A DNA stretch of 64,000 bases from Promethearchaeota archaeon (GTDB taxonomy: Archaea > Asgardarchaeota > Lokiarchaeia > Sigyniarchaeales > SOKP01), in assembly GCA_048938855.1 (NCBI GenBank), contig JBHLLT010000002.1, positions 320,001 through 384,000 on the forward strand, given 5' to 3'. A model generated the notes under the pieces. The model was not told the origin of the DNA. It was given only the letters and a program-made list of their open reading frames with translations, and made no database searches. Within the stretch, counting starts at the first letter, position 1. Every line of letters starts with the position of its first letter. Shown piece by piece: positions 39,633 through 49,700 of the stretch. The translations under genes were made by a program, and so were the position numbers.

Positions 39633-40817
39633 TTAAGAAAATTTCTTTCCTAATCCTCTGTAAGTATAATATTTATCTATAAATGTACCTTTTGAATAAA
39701 TATTTACGTCATTAAAATGTTCTAATGGTTCACCTGCTTTTCCAAATCTACAAAAAATTGGATCACCAAGATCAATAGTTATTTTTTTTGGATCAAACTT
39801 AAGAGGTGTTTGAACTTCTCCAAATTCTTCATTTTTAAATGGCTTTAGGTTATTAGGTTTAATTACAATGGGGTGAGCTCTTACCGAACCAGAACTGACG
39901 TAACCCCCAGAAAAACACGTTATAATATTATCTTTTGGCTTTCTAACAACTTGAAGTACAAAAAAAAGAGAAGGAATAAACTCTTGAAGAGATATAATTG
40001 AATCGAAGATATGAGATTTAAAGAGTAAAGATCCGATACCAATTTCTGTTATTGAGGGTTCATTAGCAGTTTCTTGAAAACATCCAGAACCGCCTCCATT
40101 CACTACTTCAGGTTCTAATCCTTCTGAGATTAAATTATTCACTACTTTTTCTCTTAATTCATTTACATGCATTCGTGAACGCTTTTTAATCCATCGTATA
40201 AATACACTGGTATCCCCTAGACTTGCATTTTGAGCTTCGTAACCCATAATCCCTTTGTACTTTAAGTTTTTACATTTCTCAATATCTCTCGCGAGTTTAA
40301 TTATATCTTCAGAGGTTCTTAAAGGACTTCTCAGAACTCCAACATTTTGTCCTAAAAAATGATCTGCTACATCCAATTCAATTAGTATATTAAACTCTAC
40401 ATCGTGTCTTATTGCTGCCTTTTCCAATTGGTTTATATGATATTTAGAATCTATCATGACAGATATCTCTACTCCTTCTATTGAAGCGGCTCTACATAGT
40501 TCTTCAATATCAATAGGAGAGATAGTAGGATAACCTAATAATATATCTCTTATTTTGTAATTTTCAGCAAAAAACAATGTTTCAGCGGAATTATAAGTAA
40601 ATATACCATTAACAAAATCTTTTTCTTCTACAATTTTTATCAATTCTGGCACACGTACTGATTTAGTACATAATCGCATACTCTTTTTTGATGTTCTTAA
40701 AAATTCTCCAACTCTTTCCAAGTTTTGGTTAAAAGCATCAATATCACATATGACTAATGGAAATTTACAATTTTTTACTAAATCTTTTAAATCCTCATAA
40801 GATGATGAAAAAAACAT
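39633..40817 (-). CDS. PLP-dependent alanine-racemase-fold enzyme (DSD1/amino acid deaminase-aldolase type)
   Basis: RLCTKSVR (PLP Lys), GVLRSPL, GIMGYEAQ, VNGGGSG, EFGEVQTPL. Confidence 0.85.
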   Translation of the reverse strand: MFFSSSYEDLKDLVKNCKFPLVICDIDAFNQNLERVGEFLRTSKKSMRLCTKSVRVPELIKIVEEKDFVNGIFTYNSAETLFFAENYKIRDILLGYPTISPIDIEELCRAASIEGVEISVMIDSKYHINQLEKAAIRHDVEFNILIELDVADHFLGQNVGVLRSPLRTSEDIIKLARDIEKCKNLKYKGIMGYEAQNASLGDTSVFIRWIKKRSRMHVNELREKVVNNLISEGLEPEVVNGGGSGCFQETANEPSITEIGIGSLLFKSHIFDSIISLQEFIPSLFFVLQVVRKPKDNIITCFSGGYVSSGSVRAHPIVIKPNNLKPFKNEEFGEVQTPLKFDPKKITIDLGDPIFCRFGKAGEPLEHFNDVNIYSKGTFIDKYYTYRGLGKKFS

Positions 40818-40948
40818 TTATAATCTACTTCTTTTTTGAGATTATTTTGTATTTATAATTTTTCTTCTTTTAACTCTAGTTTTAGCAAATATCACATAAC
40901 TTTTTTTTTTCATTAATTAGAAATAATTTTTTAATTACTACTATAGTA

Positions 40949-41353
40949 TTGGTGCTTATCATGGTAGAGAAAATAAAATTTAAGTTAACAGCAGAGAAAG
41001 AGCTAGAAGAAGAATATTATAATGTTAAACTTTCACCAGAACAAGAGAGAAGCATTAAAATTTTATCAGAAATATTAGCAAAACAATTACCATTATCATC
41101 AATGGCTATTCAGGGGAATGCGAGATTTACTATGAGAGATTGGCAACAAAAGAATCATGAAATAGCTGCAAATATTTCTAAAATGCCAATGGAAAAAAAA
41201 CTTAAAGTTGCTAAAGAAATCACAGACTATGGTAAAGAAAGGATGAAAAAACTTTTAGCTTTTCCAGAAAAGCATAAAGAACTCATAGATAAGGCTTATG
41301 ATGAAGCTTGGCAAATATATGTTGAGCAGCTTTCAAAATATCAAGCTAGCTAA
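40949..41353 (+). CDS. hypothetical helical protein
   Basis: 134-aa ORF; no motif recognised. Confidence 0.65.
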   Translation: MVLIMVEKIKFKLTAEKELEEEYYNVKLSPEQERSIKILSEILAKQLPLSSMAIQGNARFTMRDWQQKNHEIAANISKMPMEKKLKVAKEITDYGKERMKKLLAFPEKHKELIDKAYDEAWQIYVEQLSKYQAS

Positions 41354-41366
41354 CTTTGTTTGTATC

Positions 41367-42722
41367 CTATTTTAATATTTTTTTTTCTTTTGCATCTAAT
41401 TCTAGCCAGTCAGATACATTTTTGAGTTGTTTTCTTGAGGATGCACTTAAAACTTTTAGAAAAGGAAGTAAATCTTGAATGAAATCAACTTCAGAGATCT
41501 CGTATTTATTCTTGATTTTTTCTAAAAACTCTTTTTCAACATTTGTTAAAGAGAAGTAACTCCCAGAAGCATATCGTGGAAAAACAACTCTTTGAAAACC
41601 TTTAGATATTGGAGTTTCCTTCCTTGTTAAAGCTACTCCTCCAGCAAAAAGGTCAAAAAAATATGGTAATAAACCCCAATATTGGTTAGTTCTAATCCTT
41701 CCAAAAATTTCATCTGCCAGTGAAAGATTTTCAAAAGCGTTAATGAGTTCTCTATTAGTTTTTATAAAAGTAAGGAGATTCTCATTTATCCATTTGTATA
41801 GGAAATTGTAATCCACATCAGATTTATCAGTTAAATTTCGTGCTTCTTTTAAAGAAGTAACTTGAAATAATTCTCTAATTAGGGTGAAAATTTCTTCTAG
41901 ATTATCACGCCGAAGACTTCTAATTAATTCTTTTACATCTCCTTCAACTTTTCCTTGCCCAATTCCTTGAATATCGTTTATAATTCCTCGCAGATCTCCA
42001 TTATTTCTATCAATAATTAAATCTATATCTTCCTCTTGAAGAGTGGTGATCTTCTCTTTCTTTATAATATTATCTACAATTTTAAGTACTTCCCTTTTCG
42101 GTAAAGTGTGAACTTCATATCGTTTAATTTTATTATAGAGTGGCTGCAAATTTGTTTTATACTCATTGGAACACATTATAATGGGAAATTGCGTGTTTTG
42201 GATTAAATCTATCACTGTAGGAATAGCTCCTCTATCTTGTACTCCATAAATTCCATCGATTTCATCAATTAAAATCAATTTTTCTTTGGATTCAGTAATA
42301 AAATCCATAATTCCTCGAGATTTAGTAGTTTCTTTCAACCTTCTTTCTAATGCATCCCTAGTTCGTGTATCAGATGCATTTGTTTCTACTACTTCCATAT
42401 TAAAATCATTAGCAAGGGCATAAACTATAGAAGTTTTGCCAATTCCTGGTGGTCCCTCCAATAAAACAGCCGCTTTTTCAGAGGGTATTCGATTTTCTTC
42501 CTTCTGCTCTTTTTCACTAGCGGTTCTATTGAATTCTCGAATCCTCTTATTTTCTCTATTAATTCTTTCTCTTTCTTCAAAGAATTGGTTTAAAAAGTTG
42601 GTTAGTTCTTCATCCAATTTTACACGTTGCCTTCCAAGCCTGGCGGTGGGCAAAGCCATATTTTTAATGCTTTTTGGGCGATATTTCTCAACCCACGGAA
42701 TCTCAGGATTACTTTTTGACAT
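41367..42722 (-). CDS. rfcL: replication factor C large subunit
   Basis: PWVEKYRP, GPPGIGKT, ETNASDTR, LIDEIDG, GDLRGIINDIQ, WINEN. Confidence 0.93.
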   Translation of the reverse strand: MSKSNPEIPWVEKYRPKSIKNMALPTARLGRQRVKLDEELTNFLNQFFEERERINRENKRIREFNRTASEKEQKEENRIPSEKAAVLLEGPPGIGKTSIVYALANDFNMEVVETNASDTRTRDALERRLKETTKSRGIMDFITESKEKLILIDEIDGIYGVQDRGAIPTVIDLIQNTQFPIIMCSNEYKTNLQPLYNKIKRYEVHTLPKREVLKIVDNIIKKEKITTLQEEDIDLIIDRNNGDLRGIINDIQGIGQGKVEGDVKELIRSLRRDNLEEIFTLIRELFQVTSLKEARNLTDKSDVDYNFLYKWINENLLTFIKTNRELINAFENLSLADEIFGRIRTNQYWGLLPYFFDLFAGGVALTRKETPISKGFQRVVFPRYASGSYFSLTNVEKEFLEKIKNKYEISEVDFIQDLLPFLKVLSASSRKQLKNVSDWLELDAKEKKILK

Positions 42723-42735
42723 TTGCTTTACACAC

Positions 42736-43821
42736 TCACATATATTCTGAAAATAGACAAATTTTAGATAATAAAGCAGAAACTTGGATATCTATATCTA
42801 ATCCATCCAATGTGCGAAAATCAGAGTCTGCAATCAAGTTAATAAATTTAATACGAGTAAATTTACTTATAGGTAATTTGTTAATCTCAATAAGAAGTAA
42901 TTTATACAATTCATGAGCGCTATATTTGTAACTAGAAAGAATATTCCTTGCTAAATCTCGGGTTTTTGGAAAATCACCTTTAAGCGCTACCATTAAAAGG
43001 CTTCTTATAAGATCATTATGAAATTTCTGAGACGTTTCATATAATATTTCTTCATTGATCGTATTATCAGAGACGCTGCTTAGTTGAAGGATATCTATTG
43101 CTCTTGAAATTCTACCTTCTGAAATTTTATATAAAATCTCAATACATTCATCTGATATCTTTAGCGTCTCTTTTTCGGCAATGGTTAGAATCAATTCTCT
43201 AAAATCATTTAATTTAACCCGAGATACTAGAATAATTTGACATCTACTTATTATAGGATTAATTATATTCGAAATCTTAGTGGTTATTAGGATCATTCTA
43301 CAATTTGAACCATAGATTTCCATTAACCTTCTAAAGCCTTGTTGATTTGAGCCTAAAGATTCGAAATTTTTTACTATAAGTATTTTAAATGGCGCTCCTC
43401 CCAAAACCTTTAATTGAACGAATGGTTTTATTCTTACCTGAATAAAAGCAGGTGTAGTTATCTTTTTCCCCGCAATACTGCCTATTTTACTTGTAGATAC
43501 ATATGCATCTGTTCTTGCTTGTTTTCTTTCTTCCTCATTTAAAGGAACATTTGCATAAACTAATTTAAAATTCGCATCATAAGTTTTCCCAAGAAATTCC
43601 TTTGAAAAAAGTTGGGCAATCATAGTTTTTCCAATGCCTTGAGAACCAACGAACAGTAGATGTGGGAAATTACCTTGCTGAATTATAGATTTCAAGGTTT
43701 CCTTAACCTGATGTCTTCCACAAACTTGATTTAGATTCATTGGATGATACTTTATGCGCCAAATAGGAATTTCTTCATTCAAATCAATTACCTTATCTCT
43801 ACTCTTATAAATATAATTCAT
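42736..43821 (-). CDS. rfcS: divergent RFC small subunit with degenerate Walker B
   Basis: IWRIKYHP, PHLLFVGSQGIGKT, ILIVKNFE in place of ILDEAD, FRRLME, ISRC. Confidence 0.85.
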   Translation of the reverse strand: MNYIYKSRDKVIDLNEEIPIWRIKYHPMNLNQVCGRHQVKETLKSIIQQGNFPHLLFVGSQGIGKTMIAQLFSKEFLGKTYDANFKLVYANVPLNEEERKQARTDAYVSTSKIGSIAGKKITTPAFIQVRIKPFVQLKVLGGAPFKILIVKNFESLGSNQQGFRRLMEIYGSNCRMILITTKISNIINPIISRCQIILVSRVKLNDFRELILTIAEKETLKISDECIEILYKISEGRISRAIDILQLSSVSDNTINEEILYETSQKFHNDLIRSLLMVALKGDFPKTRDLARNILSSYKYSAHELYKLLLIEINKLPISKFTRIKFINLIADSDFRTLDGLDIDIQVSALLSKICLFSEYM

Positions 43822-44789
43822 TAAGATTGGACATTCTCTATAATCATTGCTAATAGGGCCGAAATTTGTATTTTTTCATCTGCTCCTTGACTTATTCGAT
43901 AATCAATTTCTCCAATAAAAACTCTTATTTTAATAATATTTTCAGTGTCTAAATTTAATGATGGAAGAATTTCTGAAATCTGTCTAATAAAGTTACGACT
44001 GTCAAAAATTTCAATAGACTCTACAATTTCTCCAGCTCTCATAAAACCTTTACTTTTTAAAGATTTAATTAATTCATCTAGGGTTTTTTCTTCCAAAAAA
44101 CCTGAAATCTTCATAACTTCATTTATATCTAAATTCTCTAATAAATCTAGAGCAACAGCCATTTGTAAGGTATTTATTGCTTTTCTTAAGTCCCCCCCTG
44201 AAATAAAAAATAATTTATTGAAAAAATCTTCAGCTTTATCAGAAGGTATTTTTAATTTCTCTTTTTTTACGATTTCTTTTAGCCTTTCAATAATTCTCTC
44301 TTTCGGCAAACTTACAAACCTAAACACAGCACATCTGGATACTATTGGATCAATAATTCTATTAATATAATTACACAATAAGATGAATTTTATATTATTT
44401 GAAGACTTTTCTATTATTCTTCTAAGCGCTTGTTGAACTTGGCCCGGTATATTATCCGCCTCATCTAAGATTACAAATTTAATGGTCCCATCTTTTATTA
44501 TACTCTGGTCTACAAAATTCTTAAGAATGTTTCTCACAAATTCTATTCTTACCGTATCAGAAGCATTTAATTCTAAAAGATTTGTATCAAGTTGATCTTC
44601 TCTAAGAAAATGTCTAGCAATGATTAAAGCTGTACTAGTTTTTCCAGTTCCCGCTGGACCTGTAAAAATGAGATGAGGAATATTTGTAGTTTGAACGAAT
44701 TTTTTGAGGTTGTTGATAGCAATGTTCTGGCTTACGATGTCGTCAAATGTAACCGGACGATACTTTTCTGTCCAAGGGATCTCTAACAT
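43821..44789 (-). CDS. rfcS: replication factor C small subunit
   Basis: PWTEKYRP, GPAGTGKT, ELNASD, ILDEAD, QALRR, SRC, GDLRKAIN. Confidence 0.95.
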   Translation of the reverse strand: MLEIPWTEKYRPVTFDDIVSQNIAINNLKKFVQTTNIPHLIFTGPAGTGKTSTALIIARHFLREDQLDTNLLELNASDTVRIEFVRNILKNFVDQSIIKDGTIKFVILDEADNIPGQVQQALRRIIEKSSNNIKFILLCNYINRIIDPIVSRCAVFRFVSLPKERIIERLKEIVKKEKLKIPSDKAEDFFNKLFFISGGDLRKAINTLQMAVALDLLENLDINEVMKISGFLEEKTLDELIKSLKSKGFMRAGEIVESIEIFDSRNFIRQISEILPSLNLDTENIIKIRVFIGEIDYRISQGADEKIQISALLAMIIENVQS

Positions 44790-44819
44790 GTTAGTAATCC
44801 TATTAGTATTATCACTTAC

Positions 44820-45296
44820 CTAATCTTTTGCGTCTTTTTCAGTAAGATTTAACTCTAAAACTTCGTAAACTTTTTTAAAATTCATTTTTTCATAAAGCTT
44901 AGAAGCTTCCAATGCTTTCTCTTTAATATTAACTCTTATTCTCTCAACTTTTATTTTCTTTAAATGCTCTAAAGCTTTTTCTAGTAATAGACTTCCTACT
45001 CCTTTTTTTCTATAAGGTTCTTTTAAAAAGAACTGTTTGATATATCCTTCGGATGATCCAAAGGGATCAATTCGAAGCTCCGCTATAATCATTCCAATAA
45101 TCTCATCAGAATCTTCATCAATAGCTATTAATATACCATGTCGTTGGAGTGGATCATATAAGCGCCGTCGGATACCCCAATCAAATCTTTTTGGATCGAA
45201 TTCTTGCCCCAAACCTTCTACCAACTGCTGTGTCAATTCTTTTAAAATATCAATCTGATCCGGACTTGCTACGTTTACTTTTATATTTGAACTCAT
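44820..45296 (-). CDS. GNAT-family acetyltransferase
   Basis: YRKKGVGSLLL (motif A) and A.KLYEKMNF. Confidence 0.88.
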   Translation of the reverse strand: MSSNIKVNVASPDQIDILKELTQQLVEGLGQEFDPKRFDWGIRRRLYDPLQRHGILIAIDEDSDEIIGMIIAELRIDPFGSSEGYIKQFFLKEPYRKKGVGSLLLEKALEHLKKIKVERIRVNIKEKALEASKLYEKMNFKKVYEVLELNLTEKDAKD

Positions 45297-45468
45297 ATTT
45301 CATCGTGAATGTTTATTCTAATAAAATAATTATTGCTATTTTATAATTTAAATTTTCTTGACTTAAAATTAATAAAATAACAAATGAGATGTTAATTAAT
45401 ACACCCTTTAATTAAAACAATCGCTTTTAAAAAAATTAAAATAAAATAAATATATACACACAAAAATG

Positions 45469-45768
45469 TTAAAAATGGCGAGCTGATGTGCCATCCCAAG
45501 CCCTTACCGTCTCATTTACCCATCCGCATTTTGGACATTTATCTGGGAGTTCCCAACTTTCAAGTGCGGGGTGTATACGACAATATAATCCTCCACATTT
45601 TGCACAAACAAGATATTTAGCTCCACAACCCGCACACATCTTTAATTGTCCCTCTTCAACAAAGGGAAAGGCTCTTTTCATCCATTCATCATGAGCAAGA
45701 GAAAAGTTCTCTTTTCCACACACAATACAATGAACACCATCTTCTTCATGACTCATAAATTTCACCAA
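45469..45768 (-). CDS. multi-zinc-finger small protein
   Basis: CIVC, CAGC, CAKC..YCRIH, CPKC. Confidence 0.75.
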   Translation of the reverse strand: MVKFMSHEEDGVHCIVCGKENFSLAHDEWMKRAFPFVEEGQLKMCAGCGAKYLVCAKCGGLYCRIHPALESWELPDKCPKCGWVNETVRAWDGTSARHF

Positions 45769-45924
45769 ATATTATACCTAATGATTGAATTACTTGAAAT
45801 TAATACTTTTACAATGTAATAATATTAAATAAATAATAAAATTACAAATTATATATTTTCTTATATGTAAAAATTGATTAAAAAATAAAAAAAAAATTAA
45901 GGAACTACAAAGACATTTTTAATA

Positions 45925-46248
45925 TTACATTTTTAGTTTCTTAGTCCCTGTGCCACCTTTAACTTCTGGATTGACAGCCTCAAGATTTTGCAGTATTGTA
46001 AATATCGCATCTTCTTCTAAAGCTTCTTTAAAAGCGAGGTACATCTCTTTGTCTCTGATAAATAATCCCTTTCTTTTCATTGGACCACCATCGCTTTTTA
46101 ATGGGTTAACTTCTATAAATAGAAGTGCAGGTCTTGTTTTTGTTCCAGGAACTTTTACTACATACACACCAGGAACATCAGTTTCCATTTTTTCCCAATC
46201 CGCACCATTTTTTAAATGGTCACTCAATTGTGCTTGAATATCTGCCAT
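45925..46248 (-). CDS. hypothetical protein
   Basis: 107-aa ORF (PGVYVVKVP, EVNPL...PMKRKGLFI), divergent from the RHH gene. Confidence 0.7.
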   Translation of the reverse strand: MADIQAQLSDHLKNGADWEKMETDVPGVYVVKVPGTKTRPALLFIEVNPLKSDGGPMKRKGLFIRDKEMYLAFKEALEEDAIFTILQNLEAVNPEVKGGTGTKKLKM

Positions 46249-46516
46249 TATAAATCATTTTTATATTACATAATGTGTTACGTCTTACATACAATACATG
46301 TATAAAAATTTTTTGAAATATGAGTTTCCATTATAAACTAGATATTTTAAGAATGTAGCCAACTATTAAAAAAGTTTGAAGAAATCATTTTAATTTCAAA
46401 TAAAAGGAAAATTATCTCTTTTGTCGGATTTCTTGGGGTTAATTTCCACTAAATCTTTATATATTACTAAGGTGATATGTATATTCATCAACAACTCAAA
46501 GAATTTTGTGATTTTA

Positions 46517-46738
46517 ATGAAATTAATATCTGTAAATTTACCAGAATCGTATTTGAAGGTCTTGGAGATACTTGTACTTAACGGAAAATTTCCGAATCGC
46601 TCTGAAGCTATAAGGGTAGCCATCCGAGACTTAATTAAGACCGAATATTTGATTGAAGAATCCGTAAATAGAAATATTGCACCAAGTCTAATAGAATCTG
46701 AAGTAGAAAATGAAATTCAAGAAAATTTGGTCATTTAA
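46517..46738 (+). CDS. ribbon-helix-helix regulator, CdrS-like
   Basis: MKLISVNLPESYL..LE.LV..GKFPNRSEAIRVAIRDLI; ATG 46517 is in frame with the ORF-track call. Confidence 0.85.
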   Translation: MKLISVNLPESYLKVLEILVLNGKFPNRSEAIRVAIRDLIKTEYLIEESVNRNIAPSLIESEVENEIQENLVI

Positions 46739-46781
46739 CTTATCATTTTATTTTTTTAAAATAAGGTGATAAAGAGAATAT

Positions 46782-49700
46782 TCAATCTCTTTTTTTTAAT
46801 AAGTCCAAAACTTTTTTCCTTCTTTCTTCTCTTCTAGCAGCGATTCTAGTCCGCAATTCTGCTGTTGTATCTTCAGAAGGGGTTCCTACTTTTGCTTTTT
46901 CAGGTTTTAGTCCGAGTTTTTCTCTAAGATTTGAAATAATTTCATTGATTTTAATAGTATATCTTGTACCGATAGTTAAATTATTAAGTTGAAAATTTGC
47001 TTCATTTAACTCTGAAATTGCTCTCTTGATTTGATTCTCACTTATAGCTTCTTGGGCATTATCAAGAGCCTTATAGGCCTCTTTAAAGTTTTTATTTTGT
47101 AAAACATCATCAGTGACATCTAAGATGATTATAGGAATATCAGCTTGATTTTTTACATCTTCAACTTGTTCATTAATTTTCATAATTTCTTCTTCTTTGC
47201 CCAGATTAGATAATCTTTGGATTTCTTCTATCATCATTAAGATTCCCTCATTATATCGGAAATTTTCGATTAATTTACTTGCTTTGTCTAACTTAGCTGA
47301 AATTTTTCTCAGAACTTCTTCTTGTACGAATCTACGTTTCTCCTCCTTCTTTCTCTTAGCTTCTTCCTCTCGTTGTCTTTTAGCTTCTTCTTTAATTAAC
47401 ATTAATTGCTTTTCTTCTTCAATTTTTTTTGCTCTTATATCTTCTAGAATCTGCACTTTTTTTTGTTCCCTTTTAAGCTTAAATAAAAGATCATTATTTA
47501 TACGTGAAACTTCCCTTTGCCATGATATTTGTTGAAATAAATCACGAGCTTCAACAAATTTCTCATAAGCCTCAGTAAATTTTCCTTTATCCATGAGTAA
47601 TGTTCCTTCTTCTAGAAATTTATAAGCATTCTCTGAGATTTGATGTTCTTGTTCTTTTGCATGTTGAATTTTTAGAAATTCTTTTCTCTTTTCGTCTTGT
47701 TGCTGTTTTCTTAATATTTCAGCCTCAGCTAATTTTTCCTCTAATTTTTGTTCTGTTAATTGTTTTTCAATTTCTCTCTGTTCCAGCGTTTTTTGTTCCA
47801 TTTCAAATGCTTCTTTCTTGCTTTTGATCATTGAAATTGAATCTAGGACCATTTTAATTCCTTCTTCCCATTCAATTTCTTCAAAGATAATCTCACTTTC
47901 TTTGTAATATTCAATTGCTTTATCAAAATGATTCTGCCTTAGTTCACGTTTAGCTTGATCCATTAAACGAAATGCTTTATCTTTTTGACTTTCGAATTGT
48001 GCTACACGTTCTTTCTTGAGATCAAGGGATTCTTTTCGTTGTTTTATTAGTTTTTCTTGCTCTATTTTTGCTTGTTCTAGTAATCTTTGTTGAACTAGTA
48101 ATTCTTCTTCTCTTTTTCTTACCTTTTCAGCTTCTAAAGCACGAATTCTCTGATCTTTGGTGGCTTTTTCCTTATAAAAGTTAATTGTATTTTTTAGCTT
48201 CGCTGACTCTTCTATCCATCCTATATCTTCAAAACTTTTTCTAGCATCTCGATAGATTTCTATTATTTTTTCATAAGGTGCTTCATAGTCAAAAACACCA
48301 GCTTTAATTTTTAGCTCGTATTCTTGAGCCATTCTTTCTGCATTTTGAATCATATTAAAAATCTTGGCAGTAATTTCATCTGATTCTTTTTCCTTTTGTT
48401 CTATTTCTAATAAACGTTCCTTTCTTTCGAGAAAATCCCTATCTGGTTCAGCTCCCGCACCTATTAATCCAATACCAGGTTTCTCTAATTTTTTTTTCTC
48501 AATTTCTCTTAATTTATCATCTTTTTCCTTCTTTTCCCTGTAAAATTTAATGGTTTCAATTAAACGACTAGCTTCTTCTTTCCATCCAATTTTGTTGAAC
48601 ATATCTCGAGCAAGTTCATAATTAGCTATTGCTTCACTATATGGACTTTCATAAACTAAAATATCTTTTCTGATGCTTAATTCATAGCTCTTGACGGCTT
48701 TTTCTGCTTCATTAATTAAATTCATAGCTTTATCTAAAAGGATATCTTCTTCTTTCTCTAATTCTTCAACTATTTCTGGTCTAGCAGGGATGGTTTCTTT
48801 TTTACCCAATTTATGAAGATCTTCAATTTCTTTATCTCTTTGAGCTTTTTTTGCTTCTACTTCAAGTAATTTTTCATGCTTATCTTGTTTTTCTTGGTAA
48901 ATCTTGACTTGGTTAGCGTAAATTTGTGATTGGTCTATCCAACCTCTTTCAACCAATTTATCTTTGAGTTCAGAATAAATTTCAATAATTTCAGAATATG
49001 GAGTATTCTCCAACACTTCACCTTTTTTTATTGCTTTTTTCATAGCAGAATCAAATTCTCTTTCCAATTTTTCTGCTTTGTTTAAGTTTTCTGTGATATA
49101 ACTTTCAAACTCTTTTTCCTCTCTCTTTTTTTGTAGACTACTTAATTTTTGTTGATCTACCTCACCTATTTTATCTCTTTTATGCATATCTTCTATAGCT
49201 TTTTCTCTCTGAGCTTTTTGTAATTCAACTTCTAACAATTTTTTGTGATTCTCTGATTTTTCTTCATAAATTTTAATCTGATTTGCAAATACTTTTGCTT
49301 GTTCTATCCAACCTCTAGCATACACTTTGTCACGTATTGATTTATAAATCTCAATGACATCAGCATATGGAGTATTTTCAAGGATTTTACCTTCTTTAAA
49401 AGCCTTCCTTTTTTCTATTTCATAGTCTCGTACCATCTTTTCTGCAATATTTACATTTTTGGAAATTAATTTCTCAAAATCTTCTTCCTCTTTTTTTCTT
49501 TCAATAGCTTTTAATCTTTTTTTGTCTATTTCCATTTCTTGATCAACTTTGTGCATATCTTCAAGTGCTTTTTCTCGCTGAGCTTTTTCTAATTCAACTT
49601 CTAACAATTTTTGATGGTTCTCTAATTTTTCTTCATAAATTTTTATTTGGTTTGAATATATTTCTGCTTGTTTTAGCCAACCCCGAGCATATACTTTTTC

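Noticed and set aside
44820-46738. RHH + GNAT toxin-antitoxin pair
   Set aside because: The genes are on opposite strands with two genes between them; the RHH looks CdrS-like.
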